Shown here: piece by piece, positions 63,301-64,000 of the stretch
Numbering within the stretch: position 1 is the first letter of the stretch
Layout of the letters: each line of letters opens with the position of its first letter
From: Octopus bimaculoides
Lineage: Eukaryota
Reading direction: 5' to 3'
Length of the DNA stretch: 64,000 nucleotides
Assembly: GCF_001194135.2 (NCBI RefSeq)
Contig: NC_069004.1
Span: 15,547,072-15,611,071, forward strand
The notes under the pieces: generated by a model
Databases searched by the model: none
What the model saw: the letters and a program-made list of their open reading frames with translations, nothing else
Told to the model about the DNA's origin: nothing
Made by a program: the position numbers and the translations under genes

Positions 63301-64000
63301 ATTTAGTAGACGGAAACTGTGTGGAAGATCGTCCATCATACACACACATCTTCGTGCTTGACAACCAGTGTTTGTCCTGTAACCTAGCAGGTTTGCTAAA
63401 GAAACCAGTAGAATCAGTGTCAGACTTACGAATAAGTACTGGGGTAGATCTGAACCCGTCAAGGAATGGGATTCTGTGATTTGAAGATCTTATACGCACT
63501 AAACACACAGATATCACAAACCTGCTGGCCTACCTACACACATACATATGAACATGTACACTGTGTGTGTAATATGGATGATTATAGCGTGTAAAAATTA
63601 TGGTAGCAGGCAGTCGTGTAGGACATACAGCATTCATATTTTTAACTTTGTCTTTTCTTGGTTAGAGGAGGAAAAGCAAGACCACTGAGATTGGCCTGAT
63701 CATTTATACTTCCTGCAATATTAAACAACACTTGCAGCTCATTGTTCCTTAGACATCTGTTGAGTGGTCAGTTAAATGCTCTTTTCACTTTTCTCTTGTG
63801 CTGTTGGCAATAACGAGGAAAGGCTTCATTTCTGCTGAAAAATGTGTAAAGTCACTGCCAGAAGATTAAGTAAGAGGTTAGCATCTGACCATAACAATAT
63901 TGGAGATCTTCAGAAGAGCAAAGTTTATTTATGCCAAAACTAACCTCACATTTCAGAAGATTAAGTAAGAGGTTAGCATCTGACCATAACAATATTGGAT

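Overview
AT-rich, repeat-dense eukaryotic genomic DNA with four assembly gaps. The repeat families and intron style suggest a coleoid cephalopod, most likely Octopus (inference, not database-checked). I reconstructed five housekeeping genes by hand from splice signals and remembered homolog sequences, in strictly alternating orientation: metaxin-1/3 (minus, runs off the left edge), RIOK2 (plus, 10 coding exons, 515 aa), a C18orf32/UPF0729 small protein (minus, 2 coding exons, 73 aa), an intronless DNAJC16 (plus, 763 aa) and PSMD13/Rpn9 (minus, 12 exons found, terminal exon not visible and possibly in a gap). Introns and intergenic DNA carry several SINE families, RTE-LINE and Ty3/Gypsy relics, and non-autonomous DNA transposons (piggyBac-, mariner-, hAT- and Merlin-like). 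Most ORFs in the supplied track are spurious. I found no convincing novel multi-gene system. The most interesting signals are the intronless DNAJC16, a 70-bp-stem hairpin upstream of PSMD13, a Merlin-like insertion with perfect TIRs and 8-bp TSD, CACGTG boxes near four of five gene starts, and inverted repeat pairs bracketing exons.
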